Assembly: GCA_003213095.1 (NCBI GenBank)
Contig: QCNV01000001.1
Span: 25,340 to 89,339, forward strand
From: SAR202 cluster bacterium AG-426-M11
Lineage (GTDB): Bacteria > Chloroflexota > Dehalococcoidia > Lucifugimonadales > UBA826
Length of the DNA: 64,000 nt
Direction of reading: 5' to 3'
This document shows positions 1 through 9,099 of this stretch, piece after piece. A program made the position numbers and the translations under genes. Position 1 is the first letter of the stretch. Each line of letters begins with the position of its first letter. The notes beneath the pieces are model-generated. The model saw nothing but the letters and a program-made list of their open reading frames with translations, was not told where the DNA came from and searched no databases.

Positions 1-16
1 TCATAAGAGGGAAAAA

Positions 17-925
17 ATGAAATTCGCAGAAAGAAGAATATATTTTTTTATAATTTCATTTCTAGTAATCGCTCCCGGAATTTTTTTCTTGGTAAGTAAC
101 GGTGGCTTAAATACAGGAATCGATTTTAAGGGCGGATCAAGTATGACAATTTCTTTCCCGGAATCGATTTCGGTGTCTCAAACAGAAATCATCAATTCTA
201 TAAATGACATAGGATACTCAGACTCTACCATTCAAAATTTAGGTGAAAATAATTTTTTCCTCAGAACAACTGAGTTAAACGACGAAGAAAAATCAACAAT
301 CGAAAAAACCCTTATCAACAATTTTTCTCCAGAATCATCTTCTATCATCACTAGTTACGACTTAGTCTCTCCAGTTGTAGCTAACGAAACGGTAGTAGCA
401 GCTGGGTGGGCAGTTTTAGCTGCAGTAATAGGAATATTTATTTACATTTGGTGGGCTTTTAGAAATCTGCCCAGTCCATTCAGATACGGAATTGCCGCTA
501 TAATCGCACTAATACATGATTCAATCATTGTAATCGGATCTTTTGCAATTTTAGGAGAATTCTTAGGAATTGAAATAAGTACAATGTTCTTAGTAGCACT
601 TTTAACAATTATTGGATACAGCGTAAACGACACCATAGTAGTATTTGATAAAATCAGAGAAAATGTACTAATTTATACAAACAGAACATTTCCAGAAATC
701 GTTAATTTAAGTATATCTGAGACATTAGGCCGATCATTAAATACAAGCTTCACACTTTTATTAACACTATTAGCACTGTTGCTATTTGGTGGAGCTACTA
801 TTAGAGAATTTTTATATGTCTTGATTATTGGAGTAATCGCAGGAACATACAGTTCAATTGCTATAGCTAGTCAGATTTTAGTAGTATGGGATCAAAAGAA
901 AATAGGGTCATTTAGTCAGGAATAA
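17..925 (+). CDS. secF: Protein-export membrane protein SecF
   Basis: 302-aa ORF. N-terminal TM helix, then the GIDFKGGSSM periplasmic-domain motif and a C-terminal block of TM helices typical of SecF. GAGGGA Shine-Dalgarno at 8-13. An upstream + frame ends with TAA at 4-6, probably secD. Confidence 0.9.
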   Translation: MKFAERRIYFFIISFLVIAPGIFFLVSNGGLNTGIDFKGGSSMTISFPESISVSQTEIINSINDIGYSDSTIQNLGENNFFLRTTELNDEEKSTIEKTLINNFSPESSSIITSYDLVSPVVANETVVAAGWAVLAAVIGIFIYIWWAFRNLPSPFRYGIAAIIALIHDSIIVIGSFAILGEFLGIEISTMFLVALLTIIGYSVNDTIVVFDKIRENVLIYTNRTFPEIVNLSISETLGRSLNTSFTLLLTLLALLLFGGATIREFLYVLIIGVIAGTYSSIAIASQILVVWDQKKIGSFSQE

Positions 926-1946
926 TCACTGCCCTACCAATGATTTCTTTGTTTTGTACAGCATGAAAAGCTTCTAAAATATCAGAAAATCCATATTGTC
1001 TTTCTACAATAGGAGTAACAATGTTCTCATTCACAAGAGTGATAGCATCTTTTACTCCAGCTCTTCCAACTCCAGATGACCCGAAAATTTTGGCATCTCG
1101 AAAAATTATTTCTGCTAGATTAAATTTGACAGGCTTACCTGAAACTTCTCCGGTCACAATCATTTTGCCCCGATTAGATAATGATTGCATGCTATTTAAA
1201 AACACATCAGAACCAACTGGATTAAAAACCACTTTGGCACCTTTATCTTCCGACAATGCAAAAACCAATTCTGGAATATCTAAAAATTCATCTATCAAAA
1301 ATACCTGCCCTACAGGCAATTTTTCTAAACTTTCCAATTTATTAGGAGATGAGGTAAAGGAGATGACATTAGCTCCCTTAGATACAGCTATCTGAGCTGC
1401 ATGAATACCCAAACCACCTCCAACTCCAAATATGACAACGGTATCACCAATCTCAAAAGATTCTTGGAGTTTTAGTGCTTCATTAGCTACTCCGATAGGG
1501 CATCCGTATAAACATGCACCAATCAAATTATGAGATTCAGGAATTACGGAAACATGATGAGAATCCAACTTAATCAATTCTGCAAAACCACCATCTATTC
1601 CATGCCCAAATCCTTTTGCATTTTGACACCTATAGTCTCTATTTGTCATGCACATCTCACATAAACCACAAAAAGTATTTAAAGATGTAACAATTTTTTG
1701 CCCAATTTGTAAATTTTCAACACCTGAACCTATTTCAACAATTGTTCCTGAAATTTCATGTCCAAGAACTACATTTTCTTTCACTCCTCGAGCCAACGTA
1801 CCATTCATTACAGCGATATCGTGGTAACACAAACCTACAGCGGCAACACGCACCAATACCTGATTTGCAGAAATAACAGGATCTTGAACAGATTCCACTA
1901 CTAATAATGGATCTGGACCTGGATTTTTTAATGTCAATGCTCTCAT
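912..1946 (-). CDS. Zinc-dependent medium-chain alcohol dehydrogenase family oxidoreductase, substrate unknown
   Basis: 344 aa. GHEISG catalytic-zinc region, structural-zinc Cys cluster CGLCEMCMTNRDYRC, Rossmann GVGGGLG. Its 3' end overlaps the secF 3' end by 14 nt (convergent). Confidence 0.85.
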   Translation of the reverse strand: MRALTLKNPGPDPLLVVESVQDPVISANQVLVRVAAVGLCYHDIAVMNGTLARGVKENVVLGHEISGTIVEIGSGVENLQIGQKIVTSLNTFCGLCEMCMTNRDYRCQNAKGFGHGIDGGFAELIKLDSHHVSVIPESHNLIGACLYGCPIGVANEALKLQESFEIGDTVVIFGVGGGLGIHAAQIAVSKGANVISFTSSPNKLESLEKLPVGQVFLIDEFLDIPELVFALSEDKGAKVVFNPVGSDVFLNSMQSLSNRGKMIVTGEVSGKPVKFNLAEIIFRDAKIFGSSGVGRAGVKDAITLVNENIVTPIVERQYGFSDILEAFHAVQNKEIIGRAVIIPD

Positions 1947-2815
1947 AGTTTTTTTGAAATCAACTTAATAGTTTCAAGTGATGTGCGATCAGGATCAATT
2001 GTTTCGGGGGTTTCATCACCAAATTGAGATTCATTTAAAAGAGTGTAGATCTTCTCAGCCCCTTTATGAAAATCGGAAGTAAGACCAAAATCTTCAAAAG
2101 TAGAGGCAATTTGTTGCATTTCACCGATCCACCTATGAGCATTTGCAGGAAGTTTTTTGATTGATTTCTCCATAGATTCCAAAACATTACTTTGACTACT
2201 AGAAAATTCTTCAACTAATTGGTCTAATAACCCCATTTTTTCTGCCATTAATAATAAAGCCACTTGCAAAGTATTTGTGCCCTTAGTCAACGCTGCATAG
2301 CACATTTTAATACCTGAAGCTTGACCAATTTGATCTCCTATGAACTTAACCGCAATTCCTTTTCCGTCTAAACTTAGTACCGAATTCCCTCCAGGCCCAG
2401 AAACATAAAATCTAGGAGTATCTCCATTAGCTGGAGAATTACCTATAATTCCACCATCAACATACTGACCCCCAGCATCAGTAATAATGTCAGAAATATT
2501 TTTAGAATTTTTAGGGGAAATTGCATTACAATCAACAAAAATTAAATTACCCTTGGTGGAATCAATAGATTTAGCTATTTGAATTGCAAATTGTTGTGCA
2601 TTTGAAGGCACCATTATAGATAAAAGCAAATCTGCCTCTAGTACCATTTGGTCAAAATTCTCTACAATTCTAAAGCCCCCTCTAGCGGCTAAAAGTTTAG
2701 TTCTGTCACTCCTTCCTTCTAAACATGTAATTACATCAATGCCATGTTTTTTTAATTCTAATCCCACTGAATGACCCATATCACCAGGACTCATAATAGC
2801 TACAGTATTAATCAT
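1943..2815 (-). CDS. NAD(P)-binding oxidoreductase, 6-phosphogluconate/beta-hydroxyacid dehydrogenase-like (DUF1932-type)
   Basis: 290 aa. N-terminal dinucleotide-binding fold (VAIMSPGDMGHSVG) plus a helical C-terminal domain. ATGA stop/start overlap at 1943-1946 with the downstream dehydrogenase gene. Confidence 0.6.
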   Translation of the reverse strand: MINTVAIMSPGDMGHSVGLELKKHGIDVITCLEGRSDRTKLLAARGGFRIVENFDQMVLEADLLLSIMVPSNAQQFAIQIAKSIDSTKGNLIFVDCNAISPKNSKNISDIITDAGGQYVDGGIIGNSPANGDTPRFYVSGPGGNSVLSLDGKGIAVKFIGDQIGQASGIKMCYAALTKGTNTLQVALLLMAEKMGLLDQLVEEFSSSQSNVLESMEKSIKKLPANAHRWIGEMQQIASTFEDFGLTSDFHKGAEKIYTLLNESQFGDETPETIDPDRTSLETIKLISKKL

Positions 2816-2895
2816 TAATCACCTCAATTAGATTTCTAAATCATTCAATGTGACATGTTAAACTGAGATGAAATTCAAATCTAGAGGTATTATTT

Positions 2896-3654
2896 ATGAA
2901 ATTAGTTTCTTGGAACGTAAATGGTATAAGAGCGTGCCTTAAAAAAGATTTCATGAATTTTTTTGATCACATTGATGCTGATTTTTTTTGTATCCAAGAA
3001 ACAAAAGCTCATCCGTCTCAAGTAGAAATTATTACTCCCAATTATACTCAATTTTGGAACAGTGCTGAAAAAAAAGGATATTCAGGAACCCTAATATTTG
3101 CCAAAAAAGAACCCATTAATGTCATAAACGGGATAGGAATTGACAAACATGACAATGAAGGAAGGGTAATAACACTAGAATATGAAAATTTTTACTTAAT
3201 TACTGTCTACACTCCTAATTCTAAAAGAGAACTTTCTAGATTGGATTACAGAGAAAATGAATGGGATATAGATTTTCTAGGATATGTAAAAAGGTTAGAA
3301 AAACTAAAACCTGTAATTTTTTGCGGTGACTTGAATGTAGCACATAAAGAAATTGACCTAAAAAACCCAAAATCCAATGAAAGAAATGCTGGATTTACTA
3401 AAGAAGAAAGAAAAGGGTTTGACAATATAATTGCAAGCGGTTTCATAGACACATTTAGAAAATTCAATCAACAAGGTGACAATTACACATGGTGGAGTTA
3501 TATGGGTGGAGCAAGAGCTAGAAATGCTGGATGGCGGATAGACTATTTTTGTGTATCTGGATCATTAGAAAGCAATTTAATATCTGCTGATATTTATCCA
3601 GATATTTTTGGGTCAGATCATTGCCCAGTAAGTATAGAAATAGATATATCATGA
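2896..3654 (+). CDS. xth: Exodeoxyribonuclease III (AP endonuclease, EEP fold)
   Basis: 252 aa. SWNVNGIR, QETK, GDLNVAH and C-terminal SDHCPV motifs of the ExoIII/APE1 family. Confidence 0.9.
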   Translation: MKLVSWNVNGIRACLKKDFMNFFDHIDADFFCIQETKAHPSQVEIITPNYTQFWNSAEKKGYSGTLIFAKKEPINVINGIGIDKHDNEGRVITLEYENFYLITVYTPNSKRELSRLDYRENEWDIDFLGYVKRLEKLKPVIFCGDLNVAHKEIDLKNPKSNERNAGFTKEERKGFDNIIASGFIDTFRKFNQQGDNYTWWSYMGGARARNAGWRIDYFCVSGSLESNLISADIYPDIFGSDHCPVSIEIDIS

Positions 3655-3688
3655 AATTATATATAACTAAAAATAGTACTTTTATTTT

Positions 3689-4396
3689 ATGAAAATTAAT
3701 TACGACCCCTTTAAAAGAAAAAATAGCGGAGGTATCAGAGCAGCAGTTTTAGGAATGAATGATGGATTGGTATCCAATTTCTGTTTAGTAATGGGCGTTT
3801 CTGGTGGAATTGCTGATACTGCTAACACAAACATCATCCTTTTAGCTGGGTATGCAGCCTTAATTGCAGGATCATTATCAATGGCTGCCGGTGAATACAT
3901 TTCTGTACAATCAGAAAAGGAAATTAACGAGAAAAAAATAGGTGAAAAAAAGTCTAGAATACTAAACAACCCATCTACAGAGGAAGAAAAACTTGTCTTA
4001 ATATATATTGATAAAGGATTTTCAACTAATGAATCACAAAAAATTGCTAAGAAAATCATCTCAAACCCAAAAGTAGCACTACAAACAATTTCAATAGAGC
4101 ATTTAGGACTGAACCCAAGCGAATTAGGTTCTCCTTGGATCGCAGCTATAAGCAGTTTACTAGCATTTGCTGTTGGCGCTTCAATTCCATTAATTCCTTT
4201 TTTATTTTTGAATCTTTTTCAAGCAAATGTTTTAACATCTATTTTAAGTGGAGTAGCACTGCTGTTTGTTGGTGGCATCATTTCCAAATCTAGTGGTAAA
4301 AACATGTTGTGGGGATCCATAAGAATGCTATTAATTGGATCATTTGCAGCATCAATAACTTTTCTGATGGGATTTCTAATTGGCGTATCAATTTAA
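3689..4396 (+). CDS. VIT1/CCC1-family iron/manganese transporter
   Basis: 235 aa. LGMNDGLVS and AGEYISV motifs, a central charged loop, and several C-terminal TM helices. Confidence 0.7.
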   Translation: MKINYDPFKRKNSGGIRAAVLGMNDGLVSNFCLVMGVSGGIADTANTNIILLAGYAALIAGSLSMAAGEYISVQSEKEINEKKIGEKKSRILNNPSTEEEKLVLIYIDKGFSTNESQKIAKKIISNPKVALQTISIEHLGLNPSELGSPWIAAISSLLAFAVGASIPLIPFLFLNLFQANVLTSILSGVALLFVGGIISKSSGKNMLWGSIRMLLIGSFAASITFLMGFLIGVSI

Positions 4397-4405
4397 GGAG
4401 AAAAT

Positions 4406-5545
4406 ATGAATAAAGAACACTGGAATAATATTTATGAAATGGTATCTGCAAAACCAATTATCAATGCTATAGGTAGCGTAACTATGTTAGGAGGCTCTAC
4501 ACCAATCCCTGAGGTTAAAAGAGCGATGGATTTAGCAGACAGTTCATACATCCCTTTAATAGAATTAGAAGAAAAAGCAGGCGAATTTCTTTCAGATTTC
4601 ATAGGAGTGCCAGCTGCATATATCACTTCGGGAGCTGGATCAGCTCTAACTTTAGCCACTGCAGCAATTATGGCAGGAGATGACGATCAGTTGATAGAAC
4701 AATTGCCAAACACTGATGGAATGAAAAATGAAATTCTCATTCAAAAAAAGCATAGATATTGGTACGACAGATGCTTAGAGGCTGCAGGTGCAAAATTAAT
4801 TGAATTTGGTTCTGAAATAAAAACTACAGAAAAAGATTTAGAAGAAGCCATAAATGCTAAAACTGCAGGAGTACATTTTACAATGTACGAACAAAACACA
4901 GACCCTAACGCACTATCATTAGAAAAAACTATTGAAATAGCACATTCTCACAATTTACCAGTACTGGTAGACGCAGCAGGACAAATTTATCCTTTAGAAA
5001 ATTTTGGTAAATATGTAAAAATGGGAGCTGATTTCCAATGTATAGCTGCAAAATATCTAGGGGCATCTCAATCTAGCGGATTAGCCTTAGGCACAAAAGA
5101 TATGATAAGAAAAATTTCAAAACAATCATTTGTAGGATACGAGGGCAGAAGGATAAGAGGAATTGGTAGGCCCCATAAAGTTGATAGACAAGAAATGATG
5201 GGTGTAGTTGCCGCAGTACAGAATTGGCTAACCATGGATCATGAAACTAGATTAAGTAATATAGAAGAACAATCTACGACACTCATTAACATTTTGTCAA
5301 AATGCCCATATATAGAAGCCACAATGATTGACAATATAATTGGGCATCAACCTTTTGGAGTAAAAATCAGCATCAAAAAACATAAATTAACTGTCCATGA
5401 TTTAGTCAATTTACTCAAAAACGGCTCTCCATCAATTTGGACAAGAGTCGTTGGTGAAAATGATTTTATTGAGATTCACATGTTTGGATTAAAAGCTGGA
5501 GAAGAAAAAATTGTCGGGGAAAAAATTGTCGAAATATTTGAGTAA
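4406..5545 (+). CDS. SelA-like / DgaE-like fold-type I PLP-dependent enzyme, function unknown
   Basis: 379 aa. Resembles the L-seryl-tRNA(Sec) selenium transferase-related family. Candidate PLP lysine in CIAAKYLGASQSSG. It lacks the extra N-terminal length of true SelA. Confidence 0.6.
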   Translation: MNKEHWNNIYEMVSAKPIINAIGSVTMLGGSTPIPEVKRAMDLADSSYIPLIELEEKAGEFLSDFIGVPAAYITSGAGSALTLATAAIMAGDDDQLIEQLPNTDGMKNEILIQKKHRYWYDRCLEAAGAKLIEFGSEIKTTEKDLEEAINAKTAGVHFTMYEQNTDPNALSLEKTIEIAHSHNLPVLVDAAGQIYPLENFGKYVKMGADFQCIAAKYLGASQSSGLALGTKDMIRKISKQSFVGYEGRRIRGIGRPHKVDRQEMMGVVAAVQNWLTMDHETRLSNIEEQSTTLINILSKCPYIEATMIDNIIGHQPFGVKISIKKHKLTVHDLVNLLKNGSPSIWTRVVGENDFIEIHMFGLKAGEEKIVGEKIVEIFE

Positions 5546-5594
5546 CGCTCAATATATGCTAAAATTTCCCTCTTGAATATTTTTATTAATTAGG

Positions 5595-6257
5595 GTGAAA
5601 AATATGGATGGGCTGCAAATTACATTAGAAAAAAGAGAAGTGATTGGTAAAAAAGTTTCCAACCTTCGAAAAAATGGACTAGTACCAGTACATTTATACG
5701 GACCTGAAGTTGATTCAGTTTCTTTACAATGCGCCAGTCTTCCATTAAGTAAAATAGTTCTACAAGCTGGAACTAATATTCCAATCAATGTATCTATTGA
5801 CGGTTCAGAAGACCAAGTTTGCTTCGTGAGAGAAGTACAATACCACCCAGTAAAAGATCACATTATCCATGTTGATTTTATGAGCGTTAACATTTCCAAA
5901 CCTGTCACAGCTAGAGTTCCAGTTAGAATTGAAGGTACATCACCTGCTGTAAGAACTATGGGTGGAACATTGTTACAACCGCTTGAATCAGTAACAGTTG
6001 AAGCCCTTCCATTAGAAATACCAGAATATTTAAGCTTAGCTGCAGAATTGCTTGTGGATTTTGAAACCAACCTTTACGTTAAAGATTTAGAAGTTCCTGA
6101 TGGAATTCAAATCATCAACAACGATTCCGAAATGCTAGCGAGTGTTGTAGCACCAAGAGTCGAACGTGCACGAGGCCCAGAATCAGAAGAAGGTGAAAGT
6201 GTAGAAGGTGAGGGTGTAGAAGGTGAAGCTTCAGAAGAAGAATCTTCCGAAGAATAA
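5595..6257 (+). CDS. rplY: 50S ribosomal protein L25 (long Ctc form)
   Basis: NLRKNGLVPVHLYG motif and two-domain Ctc length. The track start is GTG 5595. ATG at 5604 preceded by AGGGTGA is the more likely start. Glu/Ser-rich acidic C-terminal tail. Confidence 0.85.
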   Translation: MKNMDGLQITLEKREVIGKKVSNLRKNGLVPVHLYGPEVDSVSLQCASLPLSKIVLQAGTNIPINVSIDGSEDQVCFVREVQYHPVKDHIIHVDFMSVNISKPVTARVPVRIEGTSPAVRTMGGTLLQPLESVTVEALPLEIPEYLSLAAELLVDFETNLYVKDLEVPDGIQIINNDSEMLASVVAPRVERARGPESEEGESVEGEGVEGEASEEESSEE

Positions 6258-6325
6258 TCTGAACGATTCCGATTTACTGCACCTGATAGTTTTGGTGATG
6301 GAAATTTTATACCTACCAACAACTA

Positions 6326-7444
6326 TTAATAGCTTCTAAACAAATTACCCCATTTTGTTTGCATAGCCTTATTGATTCTTTGTTTCCCAATAAACCTCAA
6401 CCAATATTCATTGTGATACAAATTTGATGCAGCATAAGCTAATGGCGTAATCGGAGATCTTAGTAAAGCTTTTTCTAAGGGCTTAAGTGGTCCCCAATAA
6501 ATCATTTTTTGTCCTTGGCTTGCAAATGTATTCCCTCTCTGAAAACCCCAATCAACACTATCTATATCTTCACCAACGATATTTATTTGAGATAAATCAC
6601 CACATCCTAAACCTTCTTCGTGGGCCATTCTAATGAAATCAATAGACATTGGATCAAAACCCATCATACTCGCAGAGACAGCATCAATCGCTACCTGATC
6701 AGAGCTAGCTAATATTATATTTTTTTCATGCCATTGCATGGCTCTTGGTCCTGGTCCTGATCCTGCAAACGTACCATCTGTTACAGCAAAAATTCCCGGA
6801 TGAATTTCTTTTTGAATTCTTAGTAAATCAACTAAAGTTTCGTGAATGACAGAATGAGTCCAGTGACGTTGAAAATTTAATAATCCCCCAAAAGCATTCT
6901 TCATAGCTCCTGTAATAGTAGTAAAAACATGAGTTTTCATAGTGGGGAGATGAATAATATTTTTACCAATCAAATGTTTGGGAATATGAATGCCATCATT
7001 AAAAATTTCATCTAAAACTAACATTTTTCCTGAGGGTTTAAATGAAATCCATTCTTCATCCTCTAAAAAAACACTATTCAATCCATGTTTCTCTTCTACA
7101 TTGGTATGCTTATTACTTATAGCACCTTCCCTAGCATCAACTACAACTGTGCCATTGTGAGTGGGAATAATTTTTTCAAACCCATCATCTTTTAAAGTTT
7201 GTATTACACCGTCAAGTTGCCATGGAGATGTTGAACAAGCAGGATAATAATGTTGCCATGAAATATTTACTTTTAATATCGTATCTAAATCAGGAGAGAA
7301 TACTTCTTTATATCCTGCAGTTCTCATAGCAGATCCGATATCAGAAATAATACTGTCCGGATCAGTTTTTATAACAGCAACAGTAGGCTTAGATATTGAT
7401 TTTGAATTAATATCAGAATCTAAATTGTCAGAAGTTTGAAACAT
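6326..7444 (-). CDS. DUF362 domain protein
   Basis: 372 aa. LPTMKTHVFTTITGAMKNAFGG and VTDGTFAGSGPGP segments match the DUF362 pattern. Its ATG overlaps the rpoD stop as TAATG (7442-7446). Confidence 0.65.
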   Translation of the reverse strand: MFQTSDNLDSDINSKSISKPTVAVIKTDPDSIISDIGSAMRTAGYKEVFSPDLDTILKVNISWQHYYPACSTSPWQLDGVIQTLKDDGFEKIIPTHNGTVVVDAREGAISNKHTNVEEKHGLNSVFLEDEEWISFKPSGKMLVLDEIFNDGIHIPKHLIGKNIIHLPTMKTHVFTTITGAMKNAFGGLLNFQRHWTHSVIHETLVDLLRIQKEIHPGIFAVTDGTFAGSGPGPRAMQWHEKNIILASSDQVAIDAVSASMMGFDPMSIDFIRMAHEEGLGCGDLSQINIVGEDIDSVDWGFQRGNTFASQGQKMIYWGPLKPLEKALLRSPITPLAYAASNLYHNEYWLRFIGKQRINKAMQTKWGNLFRSY

Positions 7445-9033
7445 TATGATTCAAGAAAATCTCTTAGTTTTTTAGATCTATTAGGATGTCGCAATTTCCT
7501 TAATGCTTTAGCTTCAATTTGCCTGATTCTTTCTCTTGTTACTCCAAAATCTCTACCAACTTCTTCTAGAGTCCGACTTTTACCATCTTCTAATCCAAAA
7601 CGTAATTCCAAAACTCGAGCTTCTCGATCATTTAAAGTATCTAGAACATCTACAACTTGCTCTCTCAATAATTGATATGAGGCAGCTTCAACAGGAGCTA
7701 AAGCATTATTGTCTGGAATAAAATCTCCTAAGTGGCTATCCTCTTCTTCTCCAATAGGAGTTTCAAGAGAAACCGGTTCTTGAGAAATTTTCAGTATCTC
7801 TCTCACTTTATCAGGAGAAATTTCCATCTCTATTCCGATTTCTTCACTAGTAGGCTCTCTTCCATATTCTTGAACTAATCTTCTAGTAACTCTCAACAAT
7901 TTATTAATAGTTTCAACCATATGAACTGGAATACGAATAGTGCGAGCTTGATCAGCTATAGCCCTAGTAATCGCCTGCCTGATCCACCAGGTAGCATAAG
8001 TGCTAAACTTATATCCTTTCCGATAATCAAATTTCTCAACTGCACGAATTAATCCAATATTCCCTTCTTGAATTAAATCTAGAAGAGACATTCCTCTTCC
8101 TATATATTTTTTAGCAACGCTAACGACTAAACGTAAATTCGCTTCAGATAAATGTTGCTGTGCATCATCACCTCTTTGTTTAATTCGTTCCAAATGCTGT
8201 CGATATAACAGTTCGTAAGGCTGCATTTCGTCTGACAGACTATCTTTTTGAGATAAAGCCTTAAGATCACTCAAAGAAGGGGATCCTGTAATAACTTTGA
8301 AAATATCATCAGGCAAAAGCCTAGAGTTGATTGAAGCTTGTTTAATCATTTCTTTTAAAGTATCAAAGTCAGGTGGGTCTTGATCGGTCAATTCAGATAA
8401 AATTGCTGAAATTTGTTCCAAAGATTCATCTTGGAAAATTCCATCTAATGCGTTCCTTATATCTGGATTTGCCATTAAATCAGGAAGAGTACCATCAAAT
8501 GGAACTTCCTTTGAGACTAATATTGATTTGATAATGTCTTCACTTTCACTGACTTTATTCATCATCTCAATCACTACATCTCGAGCTTTAGGAAAAGGAG
8601 TATTTTCTGAAAATTCTTCTTCTAGATTCTCAACATATCGTTTAGCTTCAAACTTTCGAGCAAGGTCGCGCTCTTCAACAGCACGTAACAAGTCTACACG
8701 ACCGATTTCTCTCAAATACATTCTTACAGGGTCATCAATTATCTCTACAGACCCAATCTCTCGTTCCCATTCACGAGTTGCCTTTGCTTTGAGATCTTCA
8801 AGAGAAGGAGGAGCATCGTCATCATTAAAAACATCATCATCTAATGTTTTTTCCATACCAAGCTCCACTACTGAATTATCCTCATCATCGTCATCGTCGT
8901 CGTCATCTGATGCAACAACTTCATCATTATCTTGATCAATCTGGTAGGTATCTTCTTCAGAGTCATTATCTCTTAAAACACCATCAATCAATTCAGCATC
9001 ACCACTAAAATTTTGAATACCGTCAGTTGACAT
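7444..9033 (-). CDS. rpoD: RNA polymerase primary sigma factor (sigma-70)
   Basis: 529 aa. Region 2 reads [41 protein letters not shown]. Region 4 reads [28 protein letters not shown]. Long Asp-rich N-terminus. Confidence 0.97.
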   Translation of the reverse strand: MSTDGIQNFSGDAELIDGVLRDNDSEEDTYQIDQDNDEVVASDDDDDDDDEDNSVVELGMEKTLDDDVFNDDDAPPSLEDLKAKATREWEREIGSVEIIDDPVRMYLREIGRVDLLRAVEERDLARKFEAKRYVENLEEEFSENTPFPKARDVVIEMMNKVSESEDIIKSILVSKEVPFDGTLPDLMANPDIRNALDGIFQDESLEQISAILSELTDQDPPDFDTLKEMIKQASINSRLLPDDIFKVITGSPSLSDLKALSQKDSLSDEMQPYELLYRQHLERIKQRGDDAQQHLSEANLRLVVSVAKKYIGRGMSLLDLIQEGNIGLIRAVEKFDYRKGYKFSTYATWWIRQAITRAIADQARTIRIPVHMVETINKLLRVTRRLVQEYGREPTSEEIGIEMEISPDKVREILKISQEPVSLETPIGEEEDSHLGDFIPDNNALAPVEAASYQLLREQVVDVLDTLNDREARVLELRFGLEDGKSRTLEEVGRDFGVTRERIRQIEAKALRKLRHPNRSKKLRDFLES

Positions 9034-9099
9034 GATTTCCCCCTAAAGCTTTTATGATATCTATTCTAACAAACAATAATACGTATCTAAAGAAACTTA

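Noticed and set aside
5504-5533. 15-bp direct duplication at the 3' end of the SelA-like gene as a repeat element
   Set aside because: It has only two copies, is in frame and adds five residues. There is no further structure, so it is treated as a trivial duplication.
4406-5545. Selenocysteine synthase SelA, implying a Sec-decoding system
   Set aside because: The protein is too short for SelA. No selB, selD or tRNA-Sec and no in-frame TGA-containing genes are seen in the window.
8528-8935. 135-aa Ser-rich ORF on the + strand inside rpoD
   Set aside because: It is the antisense reading of the Asp/Glu-rich N-terminus of sigma-70. It is low complexity, has no start context, and lies entirely within a confidently called gene.
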